From: Candidatus Giovannonibacteria bacterium | GTDB taxonomy: Bacteria > Patescibacteriota > Minisyncoccia > JACPKW01 > UBA11713 | NCBI GenBank assembly: GCA_016186825.1 | Contig: JACPKW010000005.1 | Location: forward strand, 2,025-66,024 | Direction: 5' to 3' | DNA: 64,000 bases | Shown: positions 19,153 through 29,082 of the stretch, in pieces | Numbering within the stretch: position 1 is the stretch's first letter | Layout: each line of letters starts with the position of its first letter | Notes under the pieces: generated by a model | The model's database searches: none | The model's input: the letters and a program-made list of their open reading frames with translations, nothing else | Told to the model about the DNA's origin: nothing | Made by a program: the position numbers and the translations under genes

Positions 19153-19770
19153 CTACGCGTTCATGCGATCAATCAAAACATCATGATCGTTTTCGAGAAT
19201 TTCAGTTATAAATTTATCGTACATGCCGCAACGATATTTATATTCTTCGGTCGAGAGCAATGCGTAATTCAGTTCTTTCCCCATTTCAGATTCTATCCTG
19301 GAAAGAATTTTTTCCACGGGTCCCTTGCGCGGATTGTCACAGACAATCAAAACGTCGAGCGTGCGCTCGCCCTTGTTTGCGACGAACACGCCTGAAAGAA
19401 TAATCAGCCGAAGTCCTCTGCCAAGCTGTCTAAATCTTCGTAAAAAAAGTTCACGCGAAGCAGAAGGAGCTTCGGAGACCAACGAACGCAGCTGTCTTAT
19501 GTAAGGGAAAAATTTATTGAGCCTGAAGCCGAGCTCTTTTTTCTTTCGAGCTTTTTTGGTTTTTTTGAAAAAAAGTTGGACCTCTTTTGCGCCTTTCGCT
19601 AAAAATCCTATCGATTTCAGAAAATTGATCTCCTTTTTGGATTTGGAGCGCGGCAAGCGCAAAGTTTTTGAAATTTCCTCCAATGTAAAAATTTCCTCCG
19701 GATTCACAAGGAAAAAGCGCATAATTTTGACCCGCCCGCCTGATGTAAAAAGTTTTTCGAGGATATCCAT
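19153..19770 (-). CDS. hypothetical winged-helix-like protein
   Basis: 205 aa, basic. No motif recognised with confidence. Confidence 0.4.
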   Translation of the reverse strand: MDILEKLFTSGGRVKIMRFFLVNPEEIFTLEEISKTLRLPRSKSKKEINFLKSIGFLAKGAKEVQLFFKKTKKARKKKELGFRLNKFFPYIRQLRSLVSEAPSASRELFLRRFRQLGRGLRLIILSGVFVANKGERTLDVLIVCDNPRKGPVEKILSRIESEMGKELNYALLSTEEYKYRCGMYDKFITEILENDHDVLIDRMNA

Positions 19771-19842
19771 GGATAGTCCTTAGTTATTTGTTAATAGTTT
19801 AATATAAACCGGATTAATAAACTATGAACTAAAGACTACAGA

Positions 19843-20220
19843 CTATTTCAGCTCGACTGCCGCTCCCGCAACTTCAAGTTTCTTTTTCAAGTCTTCCGCG
19901 TCTTCTTTCGACAATCCTTCTTTGACGACTTTCGGCGCGGCGTCCGCTAAAGCTTTCGATTCCGCGAGCCCAAGCCCCAGAGCTTCGCGCAAAACTTTAA
20001 TGACCGCAATTTTTTGTCCACCGGCATCTTTTAATTCCACATTGAAAGTGGATTTTTCTTCCGCCGCAACCTCGCCGTTTCCTCCGCCCCCGTTGGCGGC
20101 AACCATCATCGGCATTGCCGCTGAAACCCCGAATTTTTCCTCTATCTTTTTAACGAGGTCCGAAAGTTCAAGCGCTGTGAGCTTTGAAACTTCTTCAACT
20201 ATTTGATCTAAGTTTGCCAT
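19843..20220 (-). CDS. rplL: 50S ribosomal protein L7/L12
   Basis: [32 protein letters not shown]...Gly/Ala hinge...[15 protein letters not shown]. Confidence 0.95.
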   Translation of the reverse strand: MANLDQIVEEVSKLTALELSDLVKKIEEKFGVSAAMPMMVAANGGGGNGEVAAEEKSTFNVELKDAGGQKIAVIKVLREALGLGLAESKALADAAPKVVKEGLSKEDAEDLKKKLEVAGAAVELK

Positions 20221-20266
20221 TTTAGTTTAAATAATTAGATAGTTAAATGGTATTAAATAGTTCGAC

Positions 20267-20758
20267 CTATTTTTTTTCTAATGTTTTCCCAATTTCATTT
20301 AAGGCTCGCGCCAAGCCCGCAACCGGCTGCGACAGCATAAATGCAAGCTGACTTAACAAAATCTCGCGGGAAGGAATAGCTGAAAGTCGTCCGATAACAC
20401 CCGCATCAACAAAATTATTTTCATATAGCCCCCCCACAATTTTTAATTCTTTATTTTCTCTGATAAATTTCGAAATGACTTGAGGCGGCACTATCACGTC
20501 CTGATAGCCGCTGACAATTCCGATCTCCCCTTCAAAGCTCGGCGAATTTTTCAGACCGAGCGCTTCGAAAGCTCTTTTTAAAAGTGTTTTTTTAACAACT
20601 TTGTATTTCGAGCCTATCTTTCTAAGTTCTTTTCTTAACTTTCTTTGTTTTACAACCGAAAGGCCGTGGAAATTCACAAAAACCAAAATCGAAGCTTTTT
20701 CGAAAAGGTCTTTCATTTCACTTACCAATGATTCTTTTTTTGAACGTGTTTGTGTCAT
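20267..20758 (-). CDS. rplJ: 50S ribosomal protein L10
   Basis: Typical L10 N-terminus (ILVFVNFHGLSVVKQRKLRKELRK). Immediately upstream of rplL. Confidence 0.9.
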   Translation of the reverse strand: MTQTRSKKESLVSEMKDLFEKASILVFVNFHGLSVVKQRKLRKELRKIGSKYKVVKKTLLKRAFEALGLKNSPSFEGEIGIVSGYQDVIVPPQVISKFIRENKELKIVGGLYENNFVDAGVIGRLSAIPSREILLSQLAFMLSQPVAGLARALNEIGKTLEKK

Positions 20759-20928
20759 TATTTGTTACACTTTGAATTCCCTATGGGCAATTATTATAAA
20801 AAATCGCGGCCTAAAAAGCCGCTTTCAAAACCTACACAGGATTTAGGGTGTTCCGACCTGTCTTCTACGGCTTTGATTTAAAATAACAAAATGTTATATT
20901 TATGTCAAATCTAATTTAGGAGGTGCGG

Positions 20929-21216
20929 ATGAAGCATAACATCCGGATGCTTAGGCGAAGTGAGGAGGTGGGCTTCGAGTGCCTTCGATGCAATGACTTT
21001 TTTCTCCCTGAAAATGAGTGGGAAGAAAAAAATCTCAGAGTCGTAAGGCGTCGAGCAGGCAAAACGAGATGCAATTATAAGGAAATCCGGCGAGAACTCC
21101 GAGGCTTGCCGGCTCCGACGGCAGACGTCGTCGGATTCAAAAAGAAAAGCGTGCCATTTGTAATGAAACCGCGGCTTAAAAGGTACAGCGTACCTACTAT
21201 GCCTTTCTACAAATAG
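20929..21216 (+). CDS. small basic Cys-containing hypothetical protein (95 aa)
   Basis: Perfect SD AGGAGG 5 nt before ATG 20929, and a rho-independent terminator right after the stop. Higher GC than neighbours. Opposite orientation to all flanking genes. Confidence 0.45.
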   Translation: MKHNIRMLRRSEEVGFECLRCNDFFLPENEWEEKNLRVVRRRAGKTRCNYKEIRRELRGLPAPTADVVGFKKKSVPFVMKPRLKRYSVPTMPFYK

Positions 21217-21257
21217 ATCTCCCGCCAAGCTCAACAACTTCGAAAGTTGAGTTTGAA

Positions 21258-21295
21258 AAAAGAGGAGTGCCACCATGGCCTCCTCTTTTCTATTA
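21258..21295 (+). terminator. rho-independent terminator
   Basis: agaggagtgccaccatggcctcctc hairpin followed by a T-run. Confidence 0.55.
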
Positions 21296-21335
21296 ACAAA
21301 AAAAACCGGGGCCTGAAATGAATCAGGCTCCGGCG
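21296..21335 (-). terminator. rho-independent terminator
   Basis: Minus strand ccggagcctgattcatttcaggccccgg followed by T8. Confidence 0.6.
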
Positions 21336-21353
21336 TGAAAGCTGATGTAAAAG

Positions 21354-21614
21354 CTAGCGGGAAAGCCCGCGCACACAGCGATAAACGCCGTCAAGAACCT
21401 CGGGGTCATCCAGCTCTCCAAACCAATCCGTTACCGGAGTGCGCATCAGCTTCCTCCACAGTAGATTATGAAATTCTCCCTCCGCAATACACGACATTTC
21501 TGGAAGCGCGCCAGAAAAACCGACTAAGCCGGCTTTTTTTCTTTCGGCTTCCACGAAAGCTCGGATCGTGGCGATCTTTTCATCTTCATCCGCGTTTTCT
21601 TGTTGCAAGAACAT
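21354..21614 (-). CDS. hypothetical small protein (86 aa)
   Basis: ORF between the rsmE stop and the minus-strand terminator. Acidic. Confidence 0.35.
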   Translation of the reverse strand: MFLQQENADEDEKIATIRAFVEAERKKAGLVGFSGALPEMSCIAEGEFHNLLWRKLMRTPVTDWFGELDDPEVLDGVYRCVRGLSR

Positions 21615-21642
21615 CCCGCCCTCCTTTCTCTTTAATAAAAAA

Positions 21643-22356
21643 TTAAACCAGAAACGCCGAAGCTACAAGCGCGGCTGTCTCGCCGCGAAGAACTGTTTTA
21701 CATAGAAAGACGCTCTGGAATCCGCTCTCTTTCATTTCAGCAATTTCATTCTCACTAAACCCTCCCTCGGGACCAATAAAAATGGCCATCTGCGGAGTTT
21801 TTAAAACTTCGGAGATATGTTTTTTTGAATTTTGATCCGCGATAATTCCCTTGAAACGTTCATTTTGTACAAATTCAAGCGCGTTTTTAAAATCCATCAC
21901 TTCGTGAATTTCCGGAATTATGGCTCGGCCTGACTGTTCAACGGCTTCTTTAATAATTTTCTCCGCACGCTCTCTATTAAAATCTTTTTTGACCGAGCGC
22001 TCTGACAGGATAGGATAAAATTTAAAAACGCCTAGCTCTGTTGCCTTTTGAAAAACCAATTCCATCTTGTCTTTTTTCAAATTCGATTGGAATAAATGAA
22101 TTTTTCTTTCGGGTTCGCATTTATTTGGAATTTTTTCCAGAATCACCGCTTTTTTTCCATCAAATGCGGCGATGAAATCAAAACCTGAACCGTCAATAAG
22201 AATAATTTTGTCCCCGGCTTTAGAACGTAATATTGTTTTCAGCTGGCGCAAAACATCCTCCGGAAGATCAAGAGATGATTTATTGCTTAGCGCATCACCA
22301 ATAAAAAAACGGCGGCTCGATTTTATTTTGGGAAACTCAAAATTAGAGTTTTTCAT
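21643..22356 (-). CDS. rsmE: 16S rRNA (uracil1498-N3)-methyltransferase RsmE family
   Basis: 237 aa with C-terminal IGPEGGFSENE motif typical of RsmE (SPOUT fold). Confidence 0.65.
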   Translation of the reverse strand: MKNSNFEFPKIKSSRRFFIGDALSNKSSLDLPEDVLRQLKTILRSKAGDKIILIDGSGFDFIAAFDGKKAVILEKIPNKCEPERKIHLFQSNLKKDKMELVFQKATELGVFKFYPILSERSVKKDFNRERAEKIIKEAVEQSGRAIIPEIHEVMDFKNALEFVQNERFKGIIADQNSKKHISEVLKTPQMAIFIGPEGGFSENEIAEMKESGFQSVFLCKTVLRGETAALVASAFLV

Positions 22357-23066
22357 CTGTTAGACAAAATTATTACAAATTCGCCGCGCGCACGCTCTCC
22401 AGAAAAGTGGCTCCGTGCATCTTGAACTTTTCCCCTCCAAATTTCCTCATGCATTTTTGTAAGTTCGCGGCCCACATTGAGCCAACCTTCAGGACAATTT
22501 TTTTCGAGCTCTAAAAAAGCTTTTTCGACTCGATGCGGTGATTCAAAAAAAATTACGGGCATCTCTGACTCTGAAATTTTTTTAAAAAAAGTTTGCCGCC
22601 CTTTTTTGCGCGGCGGGAATCCCGAAAAAATAAACTCTGAAAGATCAACATCACTTGCAGAAATTATCGCAGAAAGCGCTGACGGGCCAGGAATGGGAAT
22701 TATTCTGACGGTTGAGTCGTCAAATAGCTTAGTTGTTGAGTTGGTTTTCGAATTATCAAACCATTCCACTATTTTGCGATTTAACCAACGACCGGGATCT
22801 GAAATCCCGGGAGTTCCAGCGTCAGTTACGAGAGCAATATTCGTCCCCTTAGTTAATTCTGCCCGAATTTTGTCAAACATCTGATGTTTGACATTTTCAT
22901 CAAAACGCCAGACAAGTTTGGATATATCGTAGTGCGATAACAATTTTTTTGTAACGCGCGTGTCTTCCGCCAAAATCAAATCAGCGCTTTTTAAAATTTC
23001 TAAAGCGCGAAGCGTAATATCTTTTAGATTGCCGATCGGGGTCGCAACAATATATAAATTTCCCAT
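22353..23066 (-). CDS. rsmI: 16S rRNA (cytidine1402-2'-O)-methyltransferase RsmI
   Basis: N-terminal LYIVATPIGNLKDITLRALEIL...AEDTR tetrapyrrole-methylase-fold signature. Confidence 0.75.
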   Translation of the reverse strand: MGNLYIVATPIGNLKDITLRALEILKSADLILAEDTRVTKKLLSHYDISKLVWRFDENVKHQMFDKIRAELTKGTNIALVTDAGTPGISDPGRWLNRKIVEWFDNSKTNSTTKLFDDSTVRIIPIPGPSALSAIISASDVDLSEFIFSGFPPRKKGRQTFFKKISESEMPVIFFESPHRVEKAFLELEKNCPEGWLNVGRELTKMHEEIWRGKVQDARSHFSGERARGEFVIILSNR

Positions 23067-23117
23067 GAATGGTTTATATCATGCTTTAACAATTTATTCA
23101 CTAACGAATAAGTCGCT

Positions 23118-23813
23118 CTATCTCCAGTTAGGCAAGTTAAAAGCTGACGGGCAAATATTATTCAACGGGCAAATCGAACATCTTGGTTTTTTTGCTTCGC
23201 AAATATTCCGTCCGTGCTCAATAATTAAATACGTAAACTTAAACCACCAGCTCTTTGGGAATAACTTCATTAAATCCTTTTCGATTTTCACGGGATCGGA
23301 AAATTTTGTGACCCCGAGCCTCTGGGAAATTCTCATCACATGCGTATCCACCGCAATTCCGTCCACAACGCCATAAGCGTTCCCCAAAATTACATTCGCG
23401 CTTTTCCTGGCGACACCAGGAAGTGTTACTGCTTCAGCCATTGTCTTTGGAAATTGCCCGCCAAATTTTGATTCAACCAATTTCGCCATCGCGATAATAT
23501 TTTTCGCTTTTGCTCTATAAAAACCGGTGGATTTTATTTCCATTTCAAAAATTTTCTGATCTGCGCTCGCAAAATGTTTAACAGTCTTATATTTTTTGAA
23601 AAGTGATGCTGTAACCTCGTTAACTTTTTTATCCGTGCACTGCGCGGATAAAATTACCGCGACCGCAAGCTGAACGGGACTATCATAATTTAGGGCAATT
23701 TTTGCGTCCGGAAATATCTTTGAAAGCCGCTTAAAAGTATCTGCCGCGCGCTTTCTTTTCTGAACATCATTTTCACACGCTAAATCATCTTTAGTAAATT
23801 TCGTGCCGATCAT
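23118..23813 (-). CDS. nth: endonuclease III (Nth)
   Basis: HhH-GPD block LPGVARKSANVIL and [4Fe-4S] cluster CEAKKPRCSICPLNNICP. Confidence 0.85.
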   Translation of the reverse strand: MIGTKFTKDDLACENDVQKRKRAADTFKRLSKIFPDAKIALNYDSPVQLAVAVILSAQCTDKKVNEVTASLFKKYKTVKHFASADQKIFEMEIKSTGFYRAKAKNIIAMAKLVESKFGGQFPKTMAEAVTLPGVARKSANVILGNAYGVVDGIAVDTHVMRISQRLGVTKFSDPVKIEKDLMKLFPKSWWFKFTYLIIEHGRNICEAKKPRCSICPLNNICPSAFNLPNWR

Positions 23814-23988
23814 TTGAAATGTTTTCTAGAATTTAATACTCCCAAATAAGCGAGCAGAATAACCAGCGCTAAAAAATAAAGTGAGTGGTCCGGAAGTTTA
23901 TAAAAAACAGAAGCCGCTCCTACAACCAGTATGGCTATTATAAAAAATATGAGCAGAGTTGTTTCAAGCTTCATTCAGATATTCTAAA

Positions 23989-24678
23989 TTACCATTTTTT
24001 TTCGGGCAACGGAGATGTTTTGATGAAACTCCGCCAATTCCCCGAATTAAGTTTTCTTATATCAACCGCGTCTTCCAGTAGATAGCCGCCGACCGATGTT
24101 CTTTTAAGTTGGGTTAAAAACGCCCCCGTTTGAAGCATTTTTCCAAGATCCCGAGCGATTGCCCGGATATAAGTCCCCGAACTCACTTCGAGCTCAAGAG
24201 ATAATAAAGGAAATTTATACCAAGCGGTTTCAATTTTAAACACTTCGACTTCGCGCGGCAGAAGGTCGGGGTCAATTCCTTTGCGCGCAAGCTCATATGC
24301 CTTTTTTCCGCCTCTTTTTATCGCTGAAAATTTCGGCGGAATCTGAGATATTTTTCCCCTAAATTTCTCGAGCGCCCCTTCAACATCTTCTCGCAACGGA
24401 ATGGCAAACTCTCTGGTTTCAACAATTTTACCTGTTATATCGTCACTATCAGATTCAAAGCCGAGCCTTAAGACTGCCTCATAAGTCTTCGGAAGCTTCA
24501 AAAAATTTTCGGACTTTTTTGTGAATGCGCCGACAAGAAGTATTAAAAGGCCCTCGGCAAAAGGATCCAGAGTGCCTGCGTGCCCGACCTCGGAAATTCC
24601 GGAAATAGCTCTAAAATCCTCCACGATATCATGCGAAGTGGGACCTGTCGGTTTATTAATTAATATGAATCCGTCCAT
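23989..24678 (-). CDS. truB: tRNA pseudouridine(55) synthase TruB
   Basis: GFILINKPTGPTSHDIV...GHAGTLDP catalytic Asp motif. Confidence 0.85.
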   Translation of the reverse strand: MDGFILINKPTGPTSHDIVEDFRAISGISEVGHAGTLDPFAEGLLILLVGAFTKKSENFLKLPKTYEAVLRLGFESDSDDITGKIVETREFAIPLREDVEGALEKFRGKISQIPPKFSAIKRGGKKAYELARKGIDPDLLPREVEVFKIETAWYKFPLLSLELEVSSGTYIRAIARDLGKMLQTGAFLTQLKRTSVGGYLLEDAVDIRKLNSGNWRSFIKTSPLPEKKW

Positions 24679-24719
24679 GACAATTTAATCCGCGCGTGCG
24701 AATCAAATTGAAGATATAT

Positions 24720-24929
24720 TTAAGACGAAATGTTTGAATGAGGCGTCCTGAAACCAATGAAAGCGATGACTAAAGTCGTAATCATCGCAATCAATAAAAT
24801 ATTTTCAACCGAAATGTCATCTCGCGACCAAATCGCGATGGCCGAACCGAGCCATACTCCAATGATTGCAATCGAGACCCAGGGGTATTTCATGAATTTA
24901 TTCGAATGATTCCATAATACCAGAGACAC
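24720..24929 (-). CDS. hypothetical small membrane protein
   Basis: 69 aa, two hydrophobic helices. Weak call. Confidence 0.25.
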   Translation of the reverse strand: MSLVLWNHSNKFMKYPWVSIAIIGVWLGSAIAIWSRDDISVENILLIAMITTLVIAFIGFRTPHSNISS

Positions 24930-26400
24930 GCTCGACCAGCAATTCTTTATCTATGGATTTTATTTCATCATCGGTTGCTTTAAGAATGGCAGCCCATTCG
25001 TCGCTGATCCCTGTTTTCATGAAGTAAGGGAGCTCGTCAGGCGCATTTTCAATTTCGCGGAATTTCTCCGCATAGATTCTGAAAAAATCATTCAATGCGG
25101 CAGGAATATTAAATTCCGGGACCAATTCCAACCCGATCACATCAATACTTAAAAAAGTTCGAGCGAATAAAACGCTCTGGTCCGGCATTTTTATCCCGGA
25201 ACGCTCCGCCAAGAGCAGCAACTCCATAAATTTGTGCATGGGGCTTTTGTCATGAATTCTGCCGCCTGCGCGCGAAGCTTCATGCCAGCGATGAATCAGC
25301 TCCTTAAGACCTACTTTTATTTTCTTCAAAAAAATTTTTTTTATGAACTGAATCCGCATCCAGTGCTGGGGATAGTTCTTCCGCGCTTCCGCGAGCGTTT
25401 CCAAAAGAGGAGTCCGAACCATATCCAAGAAAGTCGCGACCGTCAGATCCAAGTTTTCCTCCACCACCGCTTTCAAAAATTTGCCTAGCTTTTTTCGGTC
25501 GGAAACATTGATATCAGCCGCGATTCCCATGTCAACGAAAGCCAGTTCGCCGGAATTGAGAATCAAAATATTTGCAGGATGAGGATCGGCATGGAAAAAA
25601 CCATCGAACAAAAACGAGTAAAGTTCGAAAAATATTGCGTCTCTAAAAAATTTATGCCCGTTCGGCAACTCTGCTTTTGTTTTATAATACGATTTAAGGG
25701 TGCGGCCATCGAGAAACTCCATTACTAAAATTCTCCGCGTTGTATATTCTGGATAAACTTTCGGAATGCGGACGGGAAGTTTATTGTTTAAAACCTGCTC
25801 GCCCAAACGCACCATATGTTCAGCTTCTTTGACATAGTCGAGCTCGCGTTCGGTCCAATGGATAAACTCTCGGACGATTTTCACAGGATCCACCGATTTA
25901 ACAATCCCGCTTTTCTTAATCGCCCAGCCAAGGAATGAAAAAAAACGCGCATCAGCGTAAAAATCCTCTGCAACAAAAGGACGCTGAATTTTTACCGCCA
26001 CCCGCTCGCCTTCCGGCAAATAGGCTTCGTGAACCTGCCCGAAGGAGGCGGCCGCGATAGGAATTCTGTTAAATTCTCTGAAAATTTCCTCCGGCTTTTT
26101 CCCGAATTCGTCCAAAAAAATGCCTTCTAGCAGACTGTCGTCAATCGGCGGGACTTCATCGAGCAAGCCTAGTAGCTCTCTGCAATATTCTTCAGGAAAA
26201 TAATCGGGCCTGACTGCCGCAAGCTGGCCGAATTTTAAAAAACTCCCCCCGAGCTCTTCTAATATTTTTCTAAGCTCGGCGGGGGAGATATAATTCATTT
26301 CGCCTCCTAAAAATTTATGCTTCAAAAGTTTGAGGCCGTGATCGATTCCAACTTCAAAAATAATGAAATAACGCTCCAGCGCGCGAAAAATTCTCCGCAT
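24898..26400 (-). CDS. ABC1/UbiB-family atypical protein kinase
   Basis: ASFGQVHEAYLPEGERVAVKIQRP lysine motif and HADPHPANI catalytic loop. Confidence 0.8.
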   Translation of the reverse strand: MRRIFRALERYFIIFEVGIDHGLKLLKHKFLGGEMNYISPAELRKILEELGGSFLKFGQLAAVRPDYFPEEYCRELLGLLDEVPPIDDSLLEGIFLDEFGKKPEEIFREFNRIPIAAASFGQVHEAYLPEGERVAVKIQRPFVAEDFYADARFFSFLGWAIKKSGIVKSVDPVKIVREFIHWTERELDYVKEAEHMVRLGEQVLNNKLPVRIPKVYPEYTTRRILVMEFLDGRTLKSYYKTKAELPNGHKFFRDAIFFELYSFLFDGFFHADPHPANILILNSGELAFVDMGIAADINVSDRKKLGKFLKAVVEENLDLTVATFLDMVRTPLLETLAEARKNYPQHWMRIQFIKKIFLKKIKVGLKELIHRWHEASRAGGRIHDKSPMHKFMELLLLAERSGIKMPDQSVLFARTFLSIDVIGLELVPEFNIPAALNDFFRIYAEKFREIENAPDELPYFMKTGISDEWAAILKATDDEIKSIDKELLVERVSGIMESFE

Positions 26401-26660
26401 TGCATTAGGAAATCCTTGGCGTGCGAAAACCTAAAATAGACAAAACTATCGTTCCGAAAGCTGCGATCGAAAAAACGTATTCGGGGCTAGAACGAGGCTT
26501 TAGGGCAACAATCCAGGCTGATAACAGCCAGATTGAGCAAATTGCAATTGAGATCCAAATATATCTCATATAATCATTATACCAAAAAAAATAGAAAAAA
26601 TCAAGGAGGCGAGGTTGCAGACATGCTGGAGTTGAGACGTTCTAGCTTATCTATTCTGAT

Positions 26661-27422
26661 TCAGGGGTGAGGAATTTCTTTTAAAAACTTGTCAGTTAAA
26701 GCAGAGTTGTAAGCATAGTTTTTCCCGTCCCACACGTACACAGCGCCTTCCCAAGACCACCTTCCCTCTATATCGGTGTAGCCGTCTAAATCAAGAATCA
26801 CTTTTTTTCCCGCTTCTTCCATTACTCGAAAAACTTCAGCGTTTCTGACTGAAGCCCCGTCTTGAAAAACTGCTGGTCGCATTGAGCCGTTTTTTTCTTT
26901 CAGCGTTACCCAATTTATTTTTCCGCTTGCGAAAGAAAGAATTCCAAACGTACCGGTATAAGCTCCGTAACTTTTCAGGTCAATTATGATCTCCCTTTCT
27001 CCGTCCGAGTTTAAATCCTGCAAATCGCTTACCTCCGGGGTTTCCTCGGATGTAAAATCATACTCTGCGGCTGAAACAGAAAAATCGAAAATTTCGGAGA
27101 GGCCTTTCGTGCGGTCCCTAGCATCAGCCAAAACCGCGTAAGGTTTTTTTGCGGCAAAACTCGTCAGAAAAATTTCATTATGCCCGTCGCCGTTGATATC
27201 GAGTTCTTTTTCTTTCAAATTATCCTTTGGAAATTTCGCGAGGGAATATTCGGAAGGCTGCTCGATCGTTTGATTCTTTTTTTCTGCAGGAGAGCTGAAG
27301 TAGTTTTTTATCTTGGCAAAATATCCGGAAAGTTCGGCGCGATAAGCAAACGCAACCAATCCTAAAAGAATTAAGATGATGAGCCATAAAACCGCATTCG
27401 ATTTTCGCCGTCTCCATGGCAT
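26661..27422 (-). CDS. hypothetical signal-anchored protein with DINGDGHNE (Ca-binding-like) motif
   Basis: N-terminal TM anchor. 253 aa. No confident family. Confidence 0.45.
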   Translation of the reverse strand: MPWRRRKSNAVLWLIILILLGLVAFAYRAELSGYFAKIKNYFSSPAEKKNQTIEQPSEYSLAKFPKDNLKEKELDINGDGHNEIFLTSFAAKKPYAVLADARDRTKGLSEIFDFSVSAAEYDFTSEETPEVSDLQDLNSDGEREIIIDLKSYGAYTGTFGILSFASGKINWVTLKEKNGSMRPAVFQDGASVRNAEVFRVMEEAGKKVILDLDGYTDIEGRWSWEGAVYVWDGKNYAYNSALTDKFLKEIPHP

Positions 27423-27468
27423 GTTTTTATATTATAACATCAACTCTGCTATTTATTTTCAACTTAAT

Positions 27469-27497
27469 TTGACATTGGTTTTCTATCCGCATAGCTT
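27469..27497 (+). promoter_or_regulatory. candidate promoter for the RT-associated ncRNA
   Basis: TTGACA-17 nt-TAGCTT. The -10 element is weak. Confidence 0.3.
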
Positions 27498-27499
27498 AG

Positions 27500-27815
27500 T
27501 ATTAGCAGGACCTTTTGAGGGCGTCATGCCTCCTAAGGCAGCCCGCGATGGAGCTTCCTCGTCGGGTGTTGGTTAGGCTTTCATGTTTGCGGAGCTCCCG
27601 TGGATGTTGACTCTTTTTTCGGCGGTTTTTTCGAACCGGGGAGATTCCCCCCGCCCCGCTTGAAGAGTTCGTTTTTGCGGCGTCTCTGCTTACGTCGGCC
27701 TTTGAAGTCGCTGTTAGGGACTTCCCCTCCCAAAGAAACCCTCAATTATGACGTTCAAGTAGTTCATGCCTGCTAAAAGAGACGCGCGAGAATACTTCTC
27801 GCGCGTCTCGAAACT
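27500..27815 (+). ncRNA. GC-rich structured non-coding RNA immediately upstream of the reverse transcriptase (retron msr-msd-like or DRT-type template RNA candidate)
   Basis: No credible ORF. GC-rich in an AT-rich genome. Many local hairpins, including a perfect 13-bp stem gagacgcgcgaga/tctcgcgcgtctc 10 nt before the RT RBS. 8-bp direct repeats tcatgcct lie exactly 240 nt apart. Confidence 0.45.
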
Positions 27816-29081
27816 TTGAACATTAAAAAACTTAGAAAGGAGGATACAAACTTGCAGCAGCCATCTTTAGGAATACAAAGTTTGGTCGAGAAAACCCTTG
27901 GGAAACTGGCGCTGGAAGAAACAGCGCGGCTGATTGGTGTCGATGTGAGCGATTTGGTAAAAGCCCTTGAAATCGCGAAAAGCAGTGACGGATATCGCCA
28001 CAAGAAGATTCTTAAAAAACGCGGGAAAGGATATCGTCGCATAGATGTGCCGCACAAGGATCTCAAGTGGGTTCAGCGCGCCTGCCACATCAACCTTTTA
28101 CTGCGCCATTTCAAGCCAACGCCAATCTGCCATTCATTCGTAGGACGGCGCTTTGAAAAGGATTCACTCCACTGGATATTTGGGCGAAGCGTAATTTCAG
28201 GAGCGTGGGCGCATTTAGGAGTTCCGCCCGACGAAGAGCCGGACCCAAAGAGCAACTCAATTAATTGGAGGAAGCCGCGATCCCAACTTGCGATAGATTT
28301 CAAAGACGCTTTTCCAAGCGTTTCGCGGACAAGGATTAAAGAAATCTTGCAGAAATTACTCGAGCAAACAGGGAAATATCAAGCTGGGGCCGATATCATT
28401 GCTGAAATCCTGGTTGACCTTACAACTTGGAACGGCGTCTTACCTCAAGGAGCGCCGACCTCGCCTGTTCTTTTCAATCTCGCCTGCAGAGATCTAGATG
28501 AAATTCTCATCGGCGAATTTTCAGATGAAGAACAAAAGAGCAGAATCAAGATCACTCGGTTCTGCGACGATATCTCGGTTACGCGGCTCTCAAAAAAAAT
28601 CGGGTTAAAGACTAGGGGAAAGATCGAGCGGCTGATTCATAAGAACGGATTCCAGATCAACGAAGAAAAAACCGTGCACTGGCAGGATTCCCATCATGTT
28701 TTGCGGATCAATAGCATTAATCTTGATCCGATTAATCGGCGCGTTTTTCTTCCCCGCGAAACTATCGAGCGCTTCAGGTACCTGCTTTACAGATCGTGGC
28801 AGGAACTTGAAGAAAGTTTCTCATGGTGGCTCGTGCTCGGAAGAGACTCGGATAATACAATCAAGTATTTTCTAAATCAGGCGGCATACGGTAGAATCGC
28901 CGGAATTGTCGGCTATTGCCGAATGATTTATAAAGAAGACTCCGAGATGCCGCTTAGACTCTTTAGTTGGAATCCCGATTTAAGCGGCTATTGGGATCAG
29001 GAACGCTTTGAGCAGATTTTCGCGGATATCAGTAAAGGGTCGCTTATTCAGGATCTTGAAGATCATCTGCACTATTTCTAA
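27816..29081 (+). CDS. stand-alone reverse transcriptase (retron or defence-associated RT-like; not DGR-type)
   Basis: RT motifs 0-7 are present: KKRGKGYRRIDVPHKDLKWVQRA (motif 0/1), IDFKDAFPSV (2), LPQGAPTSPVLFNL (QGxxxSP, 4), RFCDDISV (YxDD, 5), FQINEEKT (6). Start could be ATG 27816 or TTG 27852, which lies after the AGGAGG RBS. Confidence 0.8.
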   Translation: MNIKKLRKEDTNLQQPSLGIQSLVEKTLGKLALEETARLIGVDVSDLVKALEIAKSSDGYRHKKILKKRGKGYRRIDVPHKDLKWVQRACHINLLLRHFKPTPICHSFVGRRFEKDSLHWIFGRSVISGAWAHLGVPPDEEPDPKSNSINWRKPRSQLAIDFKDAFPSVSRTRIKEILQKLLEQTGKYQAGADIIAEILVDLTTWNGVLPQGAPTSPVLFNLACRDLDEILIGEFSDEEQKSRIKITRFCDDISVTRLSKKIGLKTRGKIERLIHKNGFQINEEKTVHWQDSHHVLRINSINLDPINRRVFLPRETIERFRYLLYRSWQELEESFSWWLVLGRDSDNTIKYFLNQAAYGRIAGIVGYCRMIYKEDSEMPLRLFSWNPDLSGYWDQERFEQIFADISKGSLIQDLEDHLHYF

Positions 29082-29082
29082 A

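Noticed and set aside
27524-27771. Simple DRT2-style neo ORF from head-to-tail concatenation of the 240-nt unit
   Set aside because: Manual scan found a stop codon in all six frames of the concatenated 240-nt unit. Only a sub-segment could work, so this is kept as a hypothesis rather than a call.
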